Positions 36,167 to 46,150 of a stretch of DNA of 64,000 nt are shown piece after piece. Every line of letters begins with the position of its first letter. The stretch's first letter is position 1. Source of the stretch: Bacteroidales bacterium. GTDB lineage: Bacteria > Bacteroidota > Bacteroidia > Bacteroidales > VadinHA17. Where the stretch lies: contig JAGPFZ010000001.1 of the NCBI GenBank assembly GCA_018056245.1, positions 79,241 through 143,240 on the forward strand, written 5' to 3'. Below the pieces are notes generated by a model. The model did not search any database. It saw nothing but the letters and a program-made list of their open reading frames with translations, and had not been told where the DNA came from. The position numbers were made by a program, and so were the translations under genes.

Positions 36167-36793
36167 AAAAATGTAATCAAAGACAGCCTTAAGAGGATAT
36201 TTCTCTATAGAGCATGTCTTTACAAACTCAAGATGATGGGTATGGAGAGAGTGTTTTCTTATATCATAGCTGAAGAGGCAGGTGTAACAGCCGACCAGGT
36301 CAGAAAAGATTTTTCGGAGTTCGGTATAAAAGGGAATAAACGCGGCGGTTATTTAATTACCGACCTACTTGAAAAAATGGAGAATATCTTTTATAGAAAT
36401 AGCGAACATAATATAATACTTGTGGGAATGGGCAATCTCGGACTGGCTCTTTCTGGATATTCTATGTTTGCACAACGTCACCTGAATGTGATTGCTGCTT
36501 TTGACATTGATCCTTTGAAATTCAAGATTAGACACAAAATTCCTGTTTACCCTATGAGTAAACTAAATGAGGTAATTCAGTGTTATAAGGTAAAGGCAGC
36601 AATAATAACGGTTCCGGAGATTTCGGCCCAGCAGGCGTGTGATGAACTGGTGAAATGTGGAATTAAGGGAATAATAAATTTTGCTCCTGTTTTGCTGAAG
36701 GCTCCTGCCGATGTTATAATAAATAATGTTAATCTTTGTGACGAACTCGAGAGTGTGATATATTATGTGGATAATCCTCTCAAGTTGAGATGA
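36152..36793 (+). CDS. rex: redox-sensing transcriptional repressor Rex
   Basis: Winged-helix segment IIAEEAGVTADQVRKDFSEFGIKGNKRGGY and Rossmann motif ILVGMGNLGLAL. The likely start is the in-frame GTG at 36152 (214 aa). The ORF track's TTG at 36083 adds an implausible extension. Confidence 0.85.
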   Translation: MKKITKNVIKDSLKRIFLYRACLYKLKMMGMERVFSYIIAEEAGVTADQVRKDFSEFGIKGNKRGGYLITDLLEKMENIFYRNSEHNIILVGMGNLGLALSGYSMFAQRHLNVIAAFDIDPLKFKIRHKIPVYPMSKLNEVIQCYKVKAAIITVPEISAQQACDELVKCGIKGIINFAPVLLKAPADVIINNVNLCDELESVIYYVDNPLKLR

Positions 36794-36803
36794 CTTAAAA
36801 TTT

Positions 36804-39074
36804 TTGAGTATTATACAGGGATATGAAATATCTGTGAAAGGGCTTGTTCAGGGAGTGGGGTTCAGGCCTTTCATCTATCGTCTTGCTAAATTACATAACC
36901 TTAAAGGTATGGTGGATAACAGGACTAATGGTGTTTTAATAATTGTGGAAGGCCAGGAAGATGATATTCTGAAGTTCAGGGAAGAAATTACAATTAAAGC
37001 GCCGCCGGCATCCAGGGTTAAATCAGTTGAGTCAAAGCCTGTAAGCTTTGTGGGTTATACTGAATTCGTTATTGCTCCCAGTATTAACGGAGGTGAACAG
37101 ATAACAGAAATAAGTCCGGATATTGCGGTTTGTCCTGAGTGCCTTTCAGATATGGAAAATGATCCTTCAAGAATTGACTATCCGTTTGTTAATTGTACAA
37201 ACTGCGGCCCTCGTTTTACAATTATAGAATCACTTCCATACGACCGCCAGTCAACCTCGATGAAAGAGTTCCGGATGTGCCGTAAATGCTATGAGGAATA
37301 CAACGATATTAACGACAGGAGGTTTCATGCCGAGCCTGTTGCATGCAATAACTGCGGACCTTTTTATACTTATGAAGACGGCTCGGGAAAAACTTCCGAC
37401 ATAAATGTAATATTATCAAAAGTTTGCAATAGGATTGATGCCGGTGAAATTATTGCAGTGAAAGGACAGGGGGGCTATCATCTTATTTGTAACGCTCTTG
37501 ATGCCGGTGCAGTTCAAACTCTCAGAAAACGAAAGAACCGTGATGCAAAACCTTTTGCAGTTATGTTTAGAGATACCGGAAGCCTTCTCGAATATTGTCA
37601 TGCAAACAAGATCGAATTGGATAATTTAACTTCATGGCGCAGGCCAGTCGTTATACTCAATCAGAAAAAGGGAATGCCTGCTGAAATAAACAGCGGGCTC
37701 GGTACAATCGGCGCCATACTTCCTTACATGCCCTTTCATTATCTGCTTTTCAGGCACCTGAACACTCCGGCTATTATTTTTACCAGCGGAAATATTTCGG
37801 AAGAACCTGTGATAAAAGACGATTCTATAGCCCGTAAGATTCTTTTACCTGTTGCAGGAGCGATTCTTTACTACAATCGCGAAATAGTGAACAGAGCAGA
37901 TGATTCCGTAATAAGAATTGCTGCAGGAGGAACGTGCATTATCAGACGTTCGAGAGGATACGTTCCTTCACCCATTGACCTTGCATTCAATGCGGAAGGT
38001 ATTCTTGCCCTCGGAGCCGAACAAAAGAATTGTTTCTGCATAGGTAAAGAGTATCAAGCTGTTATGAGTCAGCATATCGGCGACCTTAAAAATCTTCCTT
38101 CTTATGACTTTCTAAAAGAATCGGTGGAAAATTTCAAAAGACTTTTTCTTTTTAACCCGCAGCTTCTTGCCTGCGATATGCATCCGGAATATCTTTCGAC
38201 ACTCTATGCGGAAGAATTGAATAAAGAGAAGGGAATCCCTCTTGTCAGAGTTCAGCATCACCATGCTCATATTGCCTCCTGCATGGCAGAGAATAACCTC
38301 GATGAGATAGTCACAGGAATAAGCTTCGACGGAACAGGATACGGCACCGATGGTAATATTTGGGGAGGTGAATTTCTTATTGCCGGCCTGAACGGATTCG
38401 AAAGATACACTCACTTTGACTATGTGCCTCTTCCGGGAGGAGATAAGGTTATTCAGGAGCCATGGCGGACAGCTTTTTCATATCTGTATAAATACTTCAG
38501 ACATACAATTGATTATAAGAAAATACCCGGATTCAAAACAATACCTATGGAAAAAATGGAGATAATAGCTGAGATGATAGATAAAAATATCAACTCACCG
38601 CTTAGTTCGGCAGCTGGCAGACTGTTCGACGCTGTTTCGGCTTTGCTCGGTCTGTGTACCGTTTCCACATTCGATTCTGAGGCTCCAATGAGGCTGGAAT
38701 CGGTAATTGTCGGAGGTATAGATGATTATTATCCGTTTAACTTATCTGATGTGGTTGATTTCAGCCCTGCTCTCGAGGCAATAATTTACGATTCAGGTAA
38801 AAAAGATATTTCTTATATTTCGGCAAAATTTCACAACACACTGGCGGTTGTATCACTCAGGATTGCTGAAAAAATAAGAGAAGAGAGGTCAATCAACAAA
38901 GTGTTGGTCTCAGGCGGGGTTTTTCAAAATAAATATCTTCTTGAAAAAACCTTTGATGTTCTTAAAGGTTCAGGGTTCAGGATTTTTACAAATAGGCTTG
39001 TCCCTGCCAATGATGGCGGGATTGCCCTTGGTCAACTGGCTGTTGCATCTAAAACAAAGGAAATATGTGTTTGA
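36804..39074 (+). CDS. hypF: [NiFe]-hydrogenase maturation carbamoyltransferase HypF
   Basis: 756 aa. Acylphosphatase-like N-terminus (VKGLVQGVGFRPF), two zinc-finger CxxC pairs (CPECLSDM...CTNCGPRF; CRKCYEEY...CNNCGP), and YrdC-like and Kae1-like domains. The TTG start is 10 nt after the rex stop. Confidence 0.95.
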   Translation: MSIIQGYEISVKGLVQGVGFRPFIYRLAKLHNLKGMVDNRTNGVLIIVEGQEDDILKFREEITIKAPPASRVKSVESKPVSFVGYTEFVIAPSINGGEQITEISPDIAVCPECLSDMENDPSRIDYPFVNCTNCGPRFTIIESLPYDRQSTSMKEFRMCRKCYEEYNDINDRRFHAEPVACNNCGPFYTYEDGSGKTSDINVILSKVCNRIDAGEIIAVKGQGGYHLICNALDAGAVQTLRKRKNRDAKPFAVMFRDTGSLLEYCHANKIELDNLTSWRRPVVILNQKKGMPAEINSGLGTIGAILPYMPFHYLLFRHLNTPAIIFTSGNISEEPVIKDDSIARKILLPVAGAILYYNREIVNRADDSVIRIAAGGTCIIRRSRGYVPSPIDLAFNAEGILALGAEQKNCFCIGKEYQAVMSQHIGDLKNLPSYDFLKESVENFKRLFLFNPQLLACDMHPEYLSTLYAEELNKEKGIPLVRVQHHHAHIASCMAENNLDEIVTGISFDGTGYGTDGNIWGGEFLIAGLNGFERYTHFDYVPLPGGDKVIQEPWRTAFSYLYKYFRHTIDYKKIPGFKTIPMEKMEIIAEMIDKNINSPLSSAAGRLFDAVSALLGLCTVSTFDSEAPMRLESVIVGGIDDYYPFNLSDVVDFSPALEAIIYDSGKKDISYISAKFHNTLAVVSLRIAEKIREERSINKVLVSGGVFQNKYLLEKTFDVLKGSGFRIFTNRLVPANDGGIALGQLAVASKTKEICV

Positions 39075-39286
39075 GTTTACCTGCAAAAGTTATTGAAATA
39101 AAAGGCGATATGGCAGATGTATCCGTAGGTGGAACTGTCTTCAAAGCCGGCCTTCAGCTTGTGGATGATGTTAAACCTGGCGATTATGTGCTTCTGCATG
39201 CCGGATTTGCAATTCAAAAGATTGACGAGAAAGAGGCTCAGGAAACACTTCAGCTTCTTGAAGAGATAAGAAATTCTGCAGGATAA
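39065..39286 (+). CDS. hypC: hydrogenase assembly chaperone HypC
   Basis: 73 aa with the invariant N-terminus MCLSLPAKV. Confidence 0.9.
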   Translation: MCLSLPAKVIEIKGDMADVSVGGTVFKAGLQLVDDVKPGDYVLLHAGFAIQKIDEKEAQETLQLLEEIRNSAG

Positions 39287-39295
39287 AGAACAGGG

Positions 39296-40387
39296 ATGAA
39301 ATACGTCGGCGAATATCGTGAAGCCAGTGTCGTTAAGGCTCTGGGTGAGACAATCAGAAGAGAAGCCACAGGTGAATATTCGTTTATGGAAGTCTGCGGC
39401 GGTCATACATCGGCAATACATCGCTTTGGCATCCCTTCTCTGCTGCCTGAAAATATCCGGCTTCTTTCGGGTCCGGGCTGCCCTGTCTGCGTTACATCTA
39501 TAAGCTATATAGACCGCCTTGTCAGACTTTCTTCGGAACAAGATGTTATTATTGCATGTTTTGGCGATCTTATTAGGGTGCCGGGTTCTGCATTGTCGCT
39601 TGAAAAAGAAAAGGCAAGAGGCGCCGACGTGAGGATTGTTTTTTCCGCCCTCGATGCTATCGAAATTGCACGCAATAACAGAAACAAAAAGATAATATTT
39701 CCCGGAATTGGCTTCGAAACAACTGCACCGGGGACTGCTGCCGCAATAACTTCTGCATACAATTCGGGGATTGATAACTTCTTTGTGTTGAGCGCACATA
39801 AAATTATGCCGCCGGCAATTGAATCATTGATAGTAAACGGTACGGCCGTGAACGGATTTATTTGTCCCGGACATGTTGCAACAATTACGGGTGCCGACTC
39901 TTTCAGTTTTATTTCGGACAAGTATAAACTCGGATGTGTTATTTCTGGCTTCGAACCGGCCGATATAATGCTTTCGGTACTGATGCTCGTGCGTCAGATA
40001 AACAGCAGGCGATTCAGAACGGAAATTCAATATTCGAGAGCTGTGACGCCACAGGGCAATCTCAAGGCGAAAGCAATTCTCGGAGAGGTTTTTTCCCTGT
40101 CGGATACGGAATGGAGAGGCCTCGGTGTGATTAAATCGAGCGGACTTAAGATAAGAGAGAAATATTCAGATTTAGATACTGATTCGGTTTTTGATTCAGG
40201 GCCTGAAGTAACTGAAGTCAGGGAAAATGTTTTATGTTTGTGCGGTGAAGTTCTTAGGGGAAATAAAATTCCTCCCGACTGCAGGCTTTTCGCAAAATCG
40301 TGTACGCCTGAGAATCCTGTGGGCGCATGTATGGTGTCGGCTGAAGGCGCCTGTAATGCTTTTTTCAGATACAGGAGAAATGGATGA
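39296..40387 (+). CDS. hypD: hydrogenase formation protein HypD
   Basis: 363 aa with the motifs CGGHT, GPGCPVCV and FETTAP. Confidence 0.95.
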   Translation: MKYVGEYREASVVKALGETIRREATGEYSFMEVCGGHTSAIHRFGIPSLLPENIRLLSGPGCPVCVTSISYIDRLVRLSSEQDVIIACFGDLIRVPGSALSLEKEKARGADVRIVFSALDAIEIARNNRNKKIIFPGIGFETTAPGTAAAITSAYNSGIDNFFVLSAHKIMPPAIESLIVNGTAVNGFICPGHVATITGADSFSFISDKYKLGCVISGFEPADIMLSVLMLVRQINSRRFRTEIQYSRAVTPQGNLKAKAILGEVFSLSDTEWRGLGVIKSSGLKIREKYSDLDTDSVFDSGPEVTEVRENVLCLCGEVLRGNKIPPDCRLFAKSCTPENPVGACMVSAEGACNAFFRYRRNG

Positions 40388-41387
40388 GTTTATAACACTT
40401 GGACATGGAAGCGGTGGCAAGCTTACAGGCGAACTAATAATGAATATTTTTGCCCGCCGATTCGATATGAATGAGCCTCTTACCGATTCGGCAGTAGTGG
40501 AAAATGAGGGAGATGCAATGGCGTTTACTACCGACTCTTATGTGGTTGACCCTCCCTTTTTCCCCGGAGGGAACATAGGAAAACTGGCTGTGTGCGGTAC
40601 AGTGAACGACCTTGCCGTATCAGGGGCAATACCGCGATATCTTTCGGCTTCTTTTATCATCGAGGAAGGATTTCCGGTAAAAAAGCTTACAGAAATAGCT
40701 GAATCAATGGCAATGGAAGCAAAGAAGGCAGGAGTGAAAATTGTAACCGGCGATACGAAAGTGGTTGAAAAAGGAAAATGTGACGGGATTTTCATAACCA
40801 CTTCCGGAACGGGAGTAATAAGAAAAGGATGTAAAGATATTGGAACCGGTCGGTTAGTAAAGCCGGGCGATAAGCTTATAATAAACGGTGCGGTTGGAAA
40901 TCATAGCATTGCAGTGATGGGAGCAAGGAAACAGCTTTCTTTCGTATCGGATGTTGTTTCCGATTGCGCCGCACTGAACCATCTTATCGGCAAAGTGCTT
41001 GATATAAGCAATGCGGTTCATTTCATGCGCGATGTAACACGTGGCGGGCTTGCGGCAATTTTGAACGAACTATCGGACATGACAGGGCTGGGGATTTTTG
41101 TAGATGAGGAAAATATACCGGTTGATGAGTCTGTAAGAGGTTTGTGCGAGATGCTGGGCTTCGACCCTCTCTGCCTTGCCAATGAGGGTAAGGTTTTGAT
41201 TGTTGCCGGAGCAGAAGACGCCGAACGGATACTCGATTGCCTGAGAACAGATGAACCTGGAAGAAATGCTTCTGTGATTGGTGAAATAACAGAAGATAGA
41301 GTCAAAGAAGTTATACTTAAAACACTTTCGGGCGGGAATCGCATTCTCGATGCTTTTTCGGGCTTGCAGCTTCCGCGTATATGTTAA
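40380..41387 (+). CDS. hypE: hydrogenase expression/formation protein HypE
   Basis: PurM-like fold ending in the C-terminal PRIC motif. The start at ATG 40380 (MDEFITLGHGSGG) overlaps the hypD stop. The ORF-track start at 40227 lies inside hypD. Confidence 0.95.
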   Translation: MDEFITLGHGSGGKLTGELIMNIFARRFDMNEPLTDSAVVENEGDAMAFTTDSYVVDPPFFPGGNIGKLAVCGTVNDLAVSGAIPRYLSASFIIEEGFPVKKLTEIAESMAMEAKKAGVKIVTGDTKVVEKGKCDGIFITTSGTGVIRKGCKDIGTGRLVKPGDKLIINGAVGNHSIAVMGARKQLSFVSDVVSDCAALNHLIGKVLDISNAVHFMRDVTRGGLAAILNELSDMTGLGIFVDEENIPVDESVRGLCEMLGFDPLCLANEGKVLIVAGAEDAERILDCLRTDEPGRNASVIGEITEDRVKEVILKTLSGGNRILDAFSGLQLPRIC

Positions 41388-41402
41388 TTTAAATAGAATC
41401 CG

Positions 41403-41744
41403 ATGCATGAACTATCTATAGCTGAAAACCTTTCAGAGATTGTCATTGAAGTTGCTGAAAAGGAAAAACTCTCAAAAGTTACAAGGGTAAATGTCAGCTT
41501 TGGGAAGATGGTGCAGATAATTCCGGAGTTTTTCGAAACAGCATTCAGGGCTGCCGTAGCCGGTACAATTGCAAATGATGCAGAAATAAACATAGAAGAG
41601 GTTCCTGTCAAAATCAGATGTAATAATTGTAACCTCGAGTTGACTCTTGATGACTACAATTTTGTGTGTGAACGATGTGGTTCTTCCGATATTGATATTA
41701 TAACGGGAAGAGAGCTATATGTTAAAAGCATAGAAGGAGAATAA
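41403..41744 (+). CDS. hypA: hydrogenase nickel-insertion protein HypA
   Basis: 113 aa with the N-terminal MHELS motif and a zinc site (CNNC...CERCG). Confidence 0.9.
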   Translation: MHELSIAENLSEIVIEVAEKEKLSKVTRVNVSFGKMVQIIPEFFETAFRAAVAGTIANDAEINIEEVPVKIRCNNCNLELTLDDYNFVCERCGSSDIDIITGRELYVKSIEGE

Positions 41745-41746
41745 CG

Positions 41747-42397
41747 ATGGAAATAAAAATTATGAAAAACATCCTCGACAGCAACCAGAACAGAGCAGAG
41801 GAGGTTAGGTCGGTAATGAAAGAAAAGAATGTGTGTATGATTAACATTATCAGTTCGCCTGGAGCAGGAAAAACAACATTGCTCGAAAGGGTATGCGAAA
41901 AGCTGTCCGGCCGGCTAAAGATTGGAGTGATTGAAGGAGATATTACTACCGACCGTGATGCACAGCGGCTGAAAAAGTTCGACATACCAATTGTGGTGAT
42001 AAACACAGGGGGAGCATGTCATCTCGATTCCCACAGCATTTCGAAAGTACTGGGTTATTTCAATCTCGACGACCTTGATGTTCTTTTCGTGGAGAATGTG
42101 GGCAACCTTATTTGTCCGACATCCTTCGACCTTGGTGAGTCGTTCAGACTGGCCGTAATAAGCACTACGGAAGGAGATGATAAGCCGGCTAAATACCCTA
42201 TGATTTTCAGACAGGCAAAAGCGCTGGTTTTGAATAAGACAGACCTTATTCCCTATACCGATTTCAAATATGAGAACTTTAAAAACGATATCAGGAAACT
42301 GAACCCTTCGCTTCCTGTATTCAGGATTTCAGCTACACGCGGTGACGGAGTGGATGAGTTTACTAAATGGCTTGAAGAACAAATTATACTAAGATAG
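41747..42397 (+). CDS. hypB: hydrogenase nickel-incorporation GTPase HypB
   Basis: 216 aa with the P-loop SSPGAGKTTLLE and the NKTD guanine-specificity motif. Confidence 0.9.
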   Translation: MEIKIMKNILDSNQNRAEEVRSVMKEKNVCMINIISSPGAGKTTLLERVCEKLSGRLKIGVIEGDITTDRDAQRLKKFDIPIVVINTGGACHLDSHSISKVLGYFNLDDLDVLFVENVGNLICPTSFDLGESFRLAVISTTEGDDKPAKYPMIFRQAKALVLNKTDLIPYTDFKYENFKNDIRKLNPSLPVFRISATRGDGVDEFTKWLEEQIILR

Positions 42398-42686
42398 TCC
42401 GGCATAAGTATATGAATCTTCATTTAGATTCCAATTGTTTAATTATTAATAAAAGTTAAAATAACATTATTGTAAAATTAAACCTAAACATAAACCTAAA
42501 ACTTATTTATTGGCTCGTATAATAAATTCTATCTTGATTTATACTAAATTATATTAGTTAAGTTTTGTTAATATATCAATAAATTCTTAAATCATGATAA
42601 TTAATAGTTTTTTTATTATAAATTGAAACTATCTTTACCCCTTATTTTAAATCGTAAAAATTTTTAAATCAAAAAAATATTATAAA

Positions 42687-43151
42687 ATGTATAATTACGG
42701 AAATTTAGTAAAAGAATTAACTGAGAAACATGGGAAGAAGAGGGATAGTTTGCTCCCCATTCTCCAGGGAATTGTTGAGAAGTTCAACTGGCTTTCCGAT
42801 GAAGTGATGGTGGAAGTAGCAAAGGCTCTTGAAATTTCCGCTGCGGAAGTTTACGGCACTGCCTCGTTTTACTCTTTTCTCGATACTCAGCCTCGTGGTA
42901 AATATGTTATAAGAGTATGTAAAACAATTACATGCTCTATGAAAGGCAAAAATGAAATTGTGGAAACGATTGAAGACATGTTAAAGATTAAGGTTGGCGA
43001 GACAACTTCAGATAATCTGTTCAGTCTTTTTGAGACAAATTGCATAGGTTGGTGTCATAAAGCGCCTGCAATGTTGATTAATGAAACACCTTATACTGAA
43101 CTAACTTCGGAAAAAGTTGTTGATATACTTAAGAGTTATATGAAAAAATAA
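42687..43151 (+). CDS. NuoE/HydC-like thioredoxin-fold [2Fe-2S] subunit
   Basis: 154 aa with the Cys pattern C78...C83...C119...C123 (VCKTITC...NCIGWC), typical of NuoE. Confidence 0.85.
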   Translation: MYNYGNLVKELTEKHGKKRDSLLPILQGIVEKFNWLSDEVMVEVAKALEISAAEVYGTASFYSFLDTQPRGKYVIRVCKTITCSMKGKNEIVETIEDMLKIKVGETTSDNLFSLFETNCIGWCHKAPAMLINETPYTELTSEKVVDILKSYMKK

Positions 43152-43165
43152 ACATTTTTTATCTT

Positions 43166-44329
43166 ATGGCAACAAATAATGGTTTAAATAAAGTTGACCT
43201 CATATTTGAGCAGGTTAATGCGAAAGAAGTAATTAAGAAAGCATTTGAAATGACCAGTAATGAGATTATAAATCAGATACTGGAGTCGGGGCTTAAAGGT
43301 CGTGGTGGTGCCGGATTTCCTACTGGTTTAAAATGGAAGTATACGGCAGCCGCTAATGATCCTGAAAAATATATTGTGTGTAATGCCGATGAAGGTGAAC
43401 CGGGGACCTTTAAGGACAGAGAGATACTCGACCGTGTGGCATATAAGGTATATACAGGGATGACGATCGCAGCACTAGCTGTTGGAGCAAAACAGGGTTT
43501 TGTTTATTTAAGGGGTGAATACAAATTCCTCCTTTCCAAACTTTTAAAAGAGCTCGACTCGTTTCACAAACTTTTGGAAGAAATAGGATTTGATTTCAGA
43601 ATTTCTTACCGCCTTGGAAGCGGAGCATATATATGTGGAGAGGAAAGTGCTCTCTTTGAGTCTATTCAGGGTGAAAGAGGAGAACCGAGAAATAAACCTC
43701 CATATCCAACAACATCTGGATTATTTTTCAAACCTACAGTAATAAATAATGTTGAGACATTTGTCAGTGCAATGATGATAATACATCACGGTCCTGAGGT
43801 TTATACAAGGCTCGGTACAAAAGACTCACGGGGTTCGAAAGTATTCTCAGTTTCGGGTGATACGCCCAATCCGGGGATATATGAACTTGAGCTTGGGATG
43901 ACTGTTCAACAGTTTGTAAATGAATTTGGTGACGGCGATACTAAGGCAGTTCAGGTAGGAGGTGCATCAGGTTTTTGTGTTCCAAGAAAAAATTTCCCTG
44001 AAACAATTATCGGATTCGAAGGTGTTCCTACAGGAGGATCTATGAAGCTTTTCAACAGCTCCCGTTCAATGTACAATGTATTGCATAATTATCTTGAATT
44101 CTTTACCGAAGAATCATGTGGGCAATGTACACCTTGCAGAGTAGGATGCCAGCAGTTGCTTAAGGGCATTGAAAAAGTAAAAAAAGGAGAGATCAAACCC
44201 TCTTATCTTAACGAACTTCTGAAACTTTCCGAGACTATGAGGATAGCATCAAAGTGTGGACTCGGACAATCGGTAGGTAATGCCTTCAGAACTATTGTAG
44301 AGAATTTCAGAGAAGAAATCATTTATTAA
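43166..44329 (+). CDS. NuoF/HydB-like FMN- and NAD(P)H-binding subunit (minimal form)
   Basis: 387 aa with GLKGRGGAGFPTGLKW, CNADEGEPGTFKDR and the N3-type cluster motif ESCGQCTPCR...KCGLG. It has no extra N- or C-terminal ferredoxin domains. Confidence 0.9.
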   Translation: MATNNGLNKVDLIFEQVNAKEVIKKAFEMTSNEIINQILESGLKGRGGAGFPTGLKWKYTAAANDPEKYIVCNADEGEPGTFKDREILDRVAYKVYTGMTIAALAVGAKQGFVYLRGEYKFLLSKLLKELDSFHKLLEEIGFDFRISYRLGSGAYICGEESALFESIQGERGEPRNKPPYPTTSGLFFKPTVINNVETFVSAMMIIHHGPEVYTRLGTKDSRGSKVFSVSGDTPNPGIYELELGMTVQQFVNEFGDGDTKAVQVGGASGFCVPRKNFPETIIGFEGVPTGGSMKLFNSSRSMYNVLHNYLEFFTEESCGQCTPCRVGCQQLLKGIEKVKKGEIKPSYLNELLKLSETMRIASKCGLGQSVGNAFRTIVENFREEIIY

Positions 44330-44368
44330 CCAGAATTATTAATTAACACGTTTATAAATAAGAAAATT

Positions 44369-46150
44369 ATGATAAATCTTTCGATAAACGACCAAAAAAT
44401 ATCGGTTGAACCTGGGACAACCGTGTTGGAAGCGGCAAAGAAAATGAAAATAAATATTCCAACACTATGCAATCATCCTGACTTATGTGTGGCAGGAAAC
44501 TGCAGAGTGTGTGTTGTTGAACAAATAGGATCACGGACACTGATTGCATCATGTGCCACTCCTGTTTTTGAAGGCATGAGAATCCAGACAAATAGCCTTA
44601 AAGTCCGTAATGCACGTAAACATATTGTGGAACTTCTTCTTTCTGAGCATAGAAGCGACTGTACGAAGTGTTATAAAAATCAGAAATGTGAATTACAGGC
44701 ACTTGCCAATGAATTTGCGTTTGGAGACACTATTTTTCTTGACCTTGTGGAAGACCATCGTTACATTATTGACAGGTCGTCGCCTTCATTTATTAAAGAT
44801 GACAGTAAATGCATACATTGTCAGCGTTGCGTAAGGACATGTTCCGAACTGCAATATATTTCAGCTATTTCTGTGGCAAATAAAGGGGCAAATCAGAAGA
44901 TATCATCATTCCATGACAGGCCTATGAGCCATGTTGTATGCACGAATTGTGGTCAGTGTGTCAACCGTTGCCCAACAGGCGCACTTATTGAAAAAACTCA
45001 TATTGACTATGTTTGGGACGCAATATATGATCCTGATAAACATGTAGTGGTGCAAACCGCTCCGGCCGTAAGAGTGGCTCTTGGAGAAGATCTCGGATAT
45101 GATCCTGGTGAAAGAGTGACAGGTAAACTTGTAACTGCACTTCGACAGCTTGGTTTCGATTCCGTACTCGATACTGATTTTGCTGCCGACCTTACAATTA
45201 TAGAAGAAGGCAATGAACTTCTTTCCCGGTTGAGAAAAGTTCTCGTTGAAGGCGATAAGAAGACTGCTTTGCCAATGATAACATCCTGCTCGCCTGGATG
45301 GATTAAGTTCATCGAACACAAATATCCCGAATTTCTAAATAATCTTTCCACTTGCAAATCTCCTCAGCAAATGTTTGGTGCTCTGGCCAAAACATATTAT
45401 GCAAATAAACGGAAACTCGATCCTGCAAAAATTGTTTCTGTATCAATAATGCCTTGTACGGCAAAGAAGTTTGAAGCAGAACGACCTGAAATGTGGTCGA
45501 GCGGCTACAGAGATATTGATTATGTCCTGACAACACGTGAGCTTGCCGTAATGATAAAACAAGCAGGGATTGATTTCAGAGAACTTGAACCTTCATTCTA
45601 CGATTCGGTGATGGGCGAATCAACAGGGGCCGGCGTTATTTTCGGTGCCACAGGAGGAGTTATGGAAGCTGCACTTCGTACTGCCTATGAGATAATCACT
45701 GGCCGCGAGGTTCCATTCAAAAATCTGAACATTACTCCGGTAAGAGGCTTAGAAGGAGTTAAAGAAGCTTCAATTAAAATTGAAGGTTGCACCGATGAAT
45801 GGAAATTCCTTGAAGGAGTGGAACTTAAGGTAGCTGTTGCCCACGGTTTGTCGAATGCAAATAAGCTGATGAGCAAAATGCGTAAGGATAAAGTTGATTA
45901 TCATTTTATAGAAATAATGGCATGCCCCGGCGGATGTATAGGAGGAGGCGGTCAACCTATCCCAACAGATCAGGAAATACGACGCAAACGTGTTGAAGCG
46001 ATTTATTCAGAAGATGAGAACATGCCTTATCGTAAATCACACGAAAATCCAGAAATAATTGGTGTATATGAAGAATTCCTTGGAAAACCTAATAGTCCAA
46101 AAGCCCATGAATTACTTCATACACATTATACTCAGCGCGAGAGCTATTAG
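44369..46150 (+). CDS. hydA: [FeFe]-hydrogenase catalytic subunit
   Basis: 593 aa. An N-terminal [2Fe-2S] plus FeS domains, then the H-cluster motifs TSCSPGW, MPCTAKKFE and EIMACPGGCIGGGGQP. Confidence 0.95.
   Translation: MINLSINDQKISVEPGTTVLEAAKKMKINIPTLCNHPDLCVAGNCRVCVVEQIGSRTLIASCATPVFEGMRIQTNSLKVRNARKHIVELLLSEHRSDCTKCYKNQKCELQALANEFAFGDTIFLDLVEDHRYIIDRSSPSFIKDDSKCIHCQRCVRTCSELQYISAISVANKGANQKISSFHDRPMSHVVCTNCGQCVNRCPTGALIEKTHIDYVWDAIYDPDKHVVVQTAPAVRVALGEDLGYDPGERVTGKLVTALRQLGFDSVLDTDFAADLTIIEEGNELLSRLRKVLVEGDKKTALPMITSCSPGWIKFIEHKYPEFLNNLSTCKSPQQMFGALAKTYYANKRKLDPAKIVSVSIMPCTAKKFEAERPEMWSSGYRDIDYVLTTRELAVMIKQAGIDFRELEPSFYDSVMGESTGAGVIFGATGGVMEAALRTAYEIITGREVPFKNLNITPVRGLEGVKEASIKIEGCTDEWKFLEGVELKVAVAHGLSNANKLMSKMRKDKVDYHFIEIMACPGGCIGGGGQPIPTDQEIRRKRVEAIYSEDENMPYRKSHENPEIIGVYEEFLGKPNSPKAHELLHTHYTQRESY

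Noticed and set aside
39077-39799. 240-aa minus-strand ORF
   Set aside because: It lies entirely antisense to hypC and hypD, which have unambiguous family motifs. It is Cys/Arg-rich and looks like a shadow ORF. The same applies to the other antisense ORFs in the track, for example 39505-39921, 41018-41408, 28306-28701, 27778-28038, 26084-26683, 45007-45357 and 18432-19271.
40227-40379. N-terminal extension of the hypE ORF
   Set aside because: The extension lies inside hypD in another frame. The HypE family N-terminus (MDEFITLGHGSGG) begins at the ATG at 40380, which overlaps the hypD stop.
42435-42582. Rex-like boxes upstream of the [FeFe]-hydrogenase operon (TTGTTTAATTATTAATAA at 42435-42452; TTGTTAATATATCAATAA at 42565-42582)
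   Set aside because: They match only partially, to the TTGTTAA-N4-TTAACAA variant. They lie in an almost pure A/T region where such matches arise by chance, and they differ from the TGTGAA-type boxes found next to rex.
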